A DNA stretch of 64,000 bases. Origin: an uncultured Gemmatimonadales bacterium. Its GTDB lineage: Bacteria; Gemmatimonadota; Gemmatimonadetes; Longimicrobiales; RSA9. The position numbers and the translations under genes were made by a program. Below are positions 60,372 through 64,000 of this stretch, piece after piece (position 1 is the stretch's first letter; each line of letters starts with the position of its first letter). Location: assembly GCA_963798085.1 (NCBI GenBank), contig CAWCRS010000001.1, positions 1-64,000 on the forward strand, in the 5' to 3' direction. Below the pieces are notes generated by a model that was given only the letters and a program-made list of their open reading frames with translations, searched no databases and was not told the DNA's origin.

Positions 60372-60983
60372 TCAGCTGTGTTTCAGGCTGATGCTTTCCA
60401 GGACATTCGACACATCCTCGCACGCATCAATGGCGTTCTCCAGCGTGTCGTACAGGTCCTTCCACTTGATGACCTCGAGCGGATCCGGTGAGCCCGCGAA
60501 CAGGCTCTCGAGCGCTTCGTGGTAGATCCCATCGCCTTCTTCCTCGAGGCGCTTGATCTCGCGCGTGCGCTCGCCCACCACACGCGGCTTCTTCACCGCT
60601 ACCACCGCGATCTCAATGGCGTTGCCCGCACGCGCCAGCACATCGGCGAGTCTGCGCGCGGGCTCGCGGCTCTCCTTGACGTGATAGACTCGAATGCGCC
60701 GGGCCGTGCCATCCAGCAGGTCGATGACATTGTCCAGGCGGGACGCGAGCAGGTGGATGTCTTCGCGGTCGAACGGCGTCACGAAGGTCTGGTCGATGCG
60801 CGCGATGATGCCGCGTGTCAGCTGGTCCGCCTCGTGCTCGACGGCCTTGATGGCGCTCACGATCTCATCCAGCCGGCCAATATCCTGAAACAGCTGATTG
60901 AGCAGCCGTGCCGCAGCCGTGACCTGCCGGGCCAGCTGATCGAACATCGTGAAGAACTCCTCATCGCGCGGCAGTATGCGCAT
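60372..60983 (-). CDS. DUF47 (PhoU-like/YkaA) phosphate transport regulator
   Basis: EHEAD, TFVTPFDREDI, LEEEGD, IKWKDLY; directly upstream of pit. Confidence 0.95.
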   Translation of the reverse strand: MRILPRDEEFFTMFDQLARQVTAAARLLNQLFQDIGRLDEIVSAIKAVEHEADQLTRGIIARIDQTFVTPFDREDIHLLASRLDNVIDLLDGTARRIRVYHVKESREPARRLADVLARAGNAIEIAVVAVKKPRVVGERTREIKRLEEEGDGIYHEALESLFAGSPDPLEVIKWKDLYDTLENAIDACEDVSNVLESISLKHS

Positions 60984-60992
60984 GTGCGCGGC

Positions 60993-62823
60993 TCAGGTCT
61001 GGTGCAGCGTGCGCGCCGGCAATGTCCTCGCCACGTGCCACGCAGGGAAGAGCGCGCCGGCCAGTGCGGCACCGACAATGGCGAGCAGTATGGGCAGTGC
61101 CGTGTGCGCATCGAGCGTGGGCATGCCGCCAATGCGCATTCTCAGTGCACGTCCTGCGGACCAGGCGCCAATGCTGCCCAGTGCCACACCGATCAGCACT
61201 GTGCGTGTCGTCCTCGACATGACCAGGGCGAGCAGTCGCAGCGGCGTCGCGCCCACCGCCGCGCGCAGCGCCAGCTCGCGCCGGCGGGCCCGCACCTGCG
61301 CCCGCACCGTGGCCAGCACGCCGTGCAGTGCCAGCGCCGCCGCGGCCGCGGCCATCAGCGCGAAAGCCGCACCGAACCAGCGCAGCGGCGCCACGGCTTT
61401 CTCCATCTGCGTCGTCATGGTCGAGGGATTCTGCACCGTGGCGTGCGCCACACCGGCCACGGGCCGCACGCGGTCCGCTACCACCGCGGGGTCGTCGTCG
61501 CTGCGCACGGCCAGCCCCACGGTGGCCGGCGGCTGCTGCACGACGGAGAGATAGAGCACGGCTTCATCGCTGCGTGGCGCGCCCAGTCCGCGCGCAGGCA
61601 GATCGCGCACCACGCCTACCACCGTGTACCATTCGCTGTGCGCATCACCCACGCGCACGCGGTGCCCGATGGGATTGCCCGCCTCGAAGCTGCGCTTTGC
61701 AAATGTCTCGTTAACCACGGCCACCTTCGCGGTGTCGAAGTTGTCCGAGCTGCGGAACGTGCGCCCGCTGACCAGGCCAATGTGCAGTGCCTCGAAGTAG
61801 CCGGCACTGACGGCGTGGTGGGTGACGAATGCGCCCTGCACGGGCAGGAACATGCCGCCACGCGCGCAATTGCCACACTCGACCAGCACGCGGTCATTCA
61901 CGCCCAGGCCGACCCATGTGCCCGGACTGGACAGCGATTCCGCCTGGATGCCGGGCAGCGCGCGCACGCGCTCGAGAACCGTGGCCCACGCGACCGCACG
62001 TTCCCTGGCTGTAGCGCCGGCCGCGTTCAGCTCGACCGTCACCAGACCGGCACTGCTGAAGCCCGCATCACCGGGCGAGCGCTGGCCGAAGCGCAGCAGC
62101 AGCGCGCTCGTGCAGCACAGCACCAGCGCCAGCGCGATTTCGGCGACGACGGGTGCGCCGTGTGCGCGGCGTTCCTTCCGACTCGCGGTAGCGCTGCCGC
62201 CCGCGAGTGCACCGCGCAGGTCGGGCGCCTGCCCGCGGGCACGCGCCGTGAGCACGAGCAGCAGCAGCGGCGCCAGGGCCAGCGCCAGCGCGGCACCGGC
62301 CAGACCGAAGCGTGCCATTGGCTCGAGGCCCACCGGCCACGTCGACCGCGCGACTAACAGCAGACTTGCGCCCGCCAGCGCGGCCAGCAGCAGGCCACCG
62401 CCATAGAGGAACGCCGCCTCGCGCGCGCGGTCCGCGAACAGAATGCCGCGGCTCCGCGCCCAGGGCGGAGCGGATCGCGAATTCCCGACGTCGCTGTGCC
62501 GCGCGACTGGCGGCGAGCGCGAGCACATTGCCCAGCGCCATCGCCGCGGCCGCGCCGGCCAGCGCCAGCAGCACGCTCACGAGCGTGGCCACACTCGCGG
62601 CCTGGCTGCCCGCCGGCGAGATGGCCCTGTCGCTCCAGCTGCTGGACCACACGGTGTCGGCAATCGCGTCCGCGCGCACACGCGCCGCCACGTGCACCGG
62701 CCACAGCGTCGCGACGCGCAGCAGCCCGCCGGCCGCGATGACCAGCGCCAGGCCTCCCGCCAGCGAGAGCCAGACGAACGCAATGAAGCCGCGGTGCCGG
62801 CGCGCGAGTACTTGAATGGACAC
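60993..62823 (-). CDS. atypical MacB/FtsX-type ABC permease (frameshift near 62445)
   Basis: RRREFAIRSALGA; VVAEIALALVL, VSAGYFEAL…GRTF, VVNETFAKR, VVGVVRD, RRRELALRAAVGA; RBS AGGAGG. Confidence 0.82.
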
Positions 62824-62945
62824 GTCGCCTCCTGGGGTTTTGTAACAGCCCCATTCTGGCCGGCGGCGGGAGGGCGCGCAATGAGGCGGGGTCCGGGCGC
62901 CTTTCGCGCGCGCCTGGCCGAACCTCGGCGGGACAGAGGAGCGAA

Positions 62946-62976
62946 GGAGGGCAGAGCGTTCTACGCCCTGCCCTCC
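62946..62976. terminator. hairpin downstream of the SusD-like gene
   Basis: GGAGGGCAG-A-GCGT…ACGC-C-CTGCCCTCC stem-loop; weak T-tract. Confidence 0.5.
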
Positions 62977-63039
62977 AACCGGACCCGGTCCGCCTCGTCG
63001 TGACCTTGCGCGCTCGGCCCCGTCGCGCGACGGTCGGGT

Positions 63040-64000
63040 CTATGCGTTGCGGTCGAGGCACCCTTCCACGAGCGGCCTCGTGTTCGGGTTGTTGTCCTCC
63101 TCGATGGGAATCGGGAAGTTCAGGTCTGTCCCGAACGACCCGCCCTTGAAGTACGCGCCCGAGGGAAACACCGCGTCAGGCGAACGCTGGTACTGCCGTA
63201 TCATGCGGCGCATGTCGCCCACCCGGTGCGCCGTGCTGTAGAACCAGAGCGCCCGCTCCTGGAAGTGCAGGTTCTCCAGCTCGACGGTGCTCTGTCCCGT
63301 GTCCGTCAGCGGCGCCAGTCCCATCGTGGCGCGGGCCGCATTGTGCTTCGCGAAGAAGGTCACGCGGTCGCCCGCCTTGAGTGCGGCCTCGGCCTCGATC
63401 ATCCTCGCCTCGACACCGGTCGCGAGCGGCACCGGCGAATCGATGTCCGGACTCACCAGCTGCAGGAACAGCGTCGTCTGCCCATCAAAGCCGGTTTCGT
63501 GCGTGTTCTCCCACGGCACACGCGGATCATCCAGCGCGCGGTAGTGAATGCCATTGCCGCCATCGCCATCAGCCACGGAGACACGACCGTTGGTGCTCAG
63601 CGACCAAAGCCCGTTGTTCTGCGCCGGTGTGGTCGACGAGTGCAGCACGAAGTTCTTGAAATTCGTCGGCACCAGAGCGGCGATGGCAGCGGCATCCGCG
63701 AACTGACCCATGTCCAGCAGCGCCCTCGCCTTGCCCACCCTCGCCATGTTGCTCGCCGCATCCGCGGTCAGCGCCTTGTCGAATGCGGCCACCGCGTCCT
63801 GGAAAACCTGCTGCGTCGTGCGGGGCTGCCCGTAGACAATGGTGTTGCCCTGCAGGTCGCTGGCAGGCACACCCGAGCAGAACGTCTCGCCCAGGAGCGT
63901 CTCGGCATAACCCTCCAGACTGCGCATGTACGCGAGGTTCTCGTTCTCCGGATCGAATTCCTCGATCGCGGCGGCCGAGGCACGGGCCGAAACACGGGCC
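63040..64000 (-). CDS. RagB/SusD-like nutrient-binding outer-membrane protein (5' end outside the window)
   Basis: GETFCSGVP, VGKARALL, DPRVP, EARMIEAEAAL, FQERALW…HRVGDMRR, FPIPIEEDNNPN. Confidence 0.85.
   Translation of the reverse strand, partial: ARVSARASAAAIEEFDPENENLAYMRSLEGYAETLLGETFCSGVPASDLQGNTIVYGQPRTTQQVFQDAVAAFDKALTADAASNMARVGKARALLDMGQFADAAAIAALVPTNFKNFVLHSSTTPAQNNGLWSLSTNGRVSVADGDGGNGIHYRALDDPRVPWENTHETGFDGQTTLFLQLVSPDIDSPVPLATGVEARMIEAEAALKAGDRVTFFAKHNAARATMGLAPLTDTGQSTVELENLHFQERALWFYSTAHRVGDMRRMIRQYQRSPDAVFPSGAYFKGGSFGTDLNFPIPIEEDNNPNTRPLVEGCLDRNA

Noticed and set aside
1..64000. rRNA, tRNA, integrase/transposase, prophage or anti-phage defence genes
   Set aside because: No recognisable signatures found by eye on either strand.

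Overview
GC-rich bacterial chromosomal window. The gene content (many ADOP-type orphan ABC permeases with PadR regulators, six-bladed beta-propellers, a SusD-like lipoprotein, DUF4159, tricorn and VPS10/BNR proteins) suggests Gemmatimonadota or a similar lineage; this is inference only. About 50 CDS are supported. They cover c-di-GMP enzymes (PAS-GGDEF-EAL and EAL-HDOD), a cNMP-binding thioredoxin-reductase-like protein with a zf-UBP partner, hydrolases, six ADOP/MacB-like permease loci with no ATPase, two PadR, two ECF sigma/anti-sigma pairs, a Wzx-sulfotransferase glycan module, DUF47-PiT, and others. At least ten otherwise intact genes carry single-base frameshifts, probably long-read indel errors. 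I found no rRNA, tRNA, CRISPR array, transposase or prophage. The most notable non-obvious signals are: (1) a ~140-bp inverted-repeat element present twice, once with tandemly amplified left ends, bracketing one uncharacterised gene; (2) the same bipartite motif on both strands of a divergent ECF-sigma/DUF2892 promoter; (3) a CRP/FNR-type site near the class II position before a Met/His-rich four-repeat secreted protein; (4) sigma28-like promoters on the c-di-GMP and pilin genes; (5) a decayed PadR-ADOP island; (6) a CPBP protein lacking its catalytic glutamates, coupled to a Tat-exported glycoside hydrolase. None of these can be called a new system without database searches.
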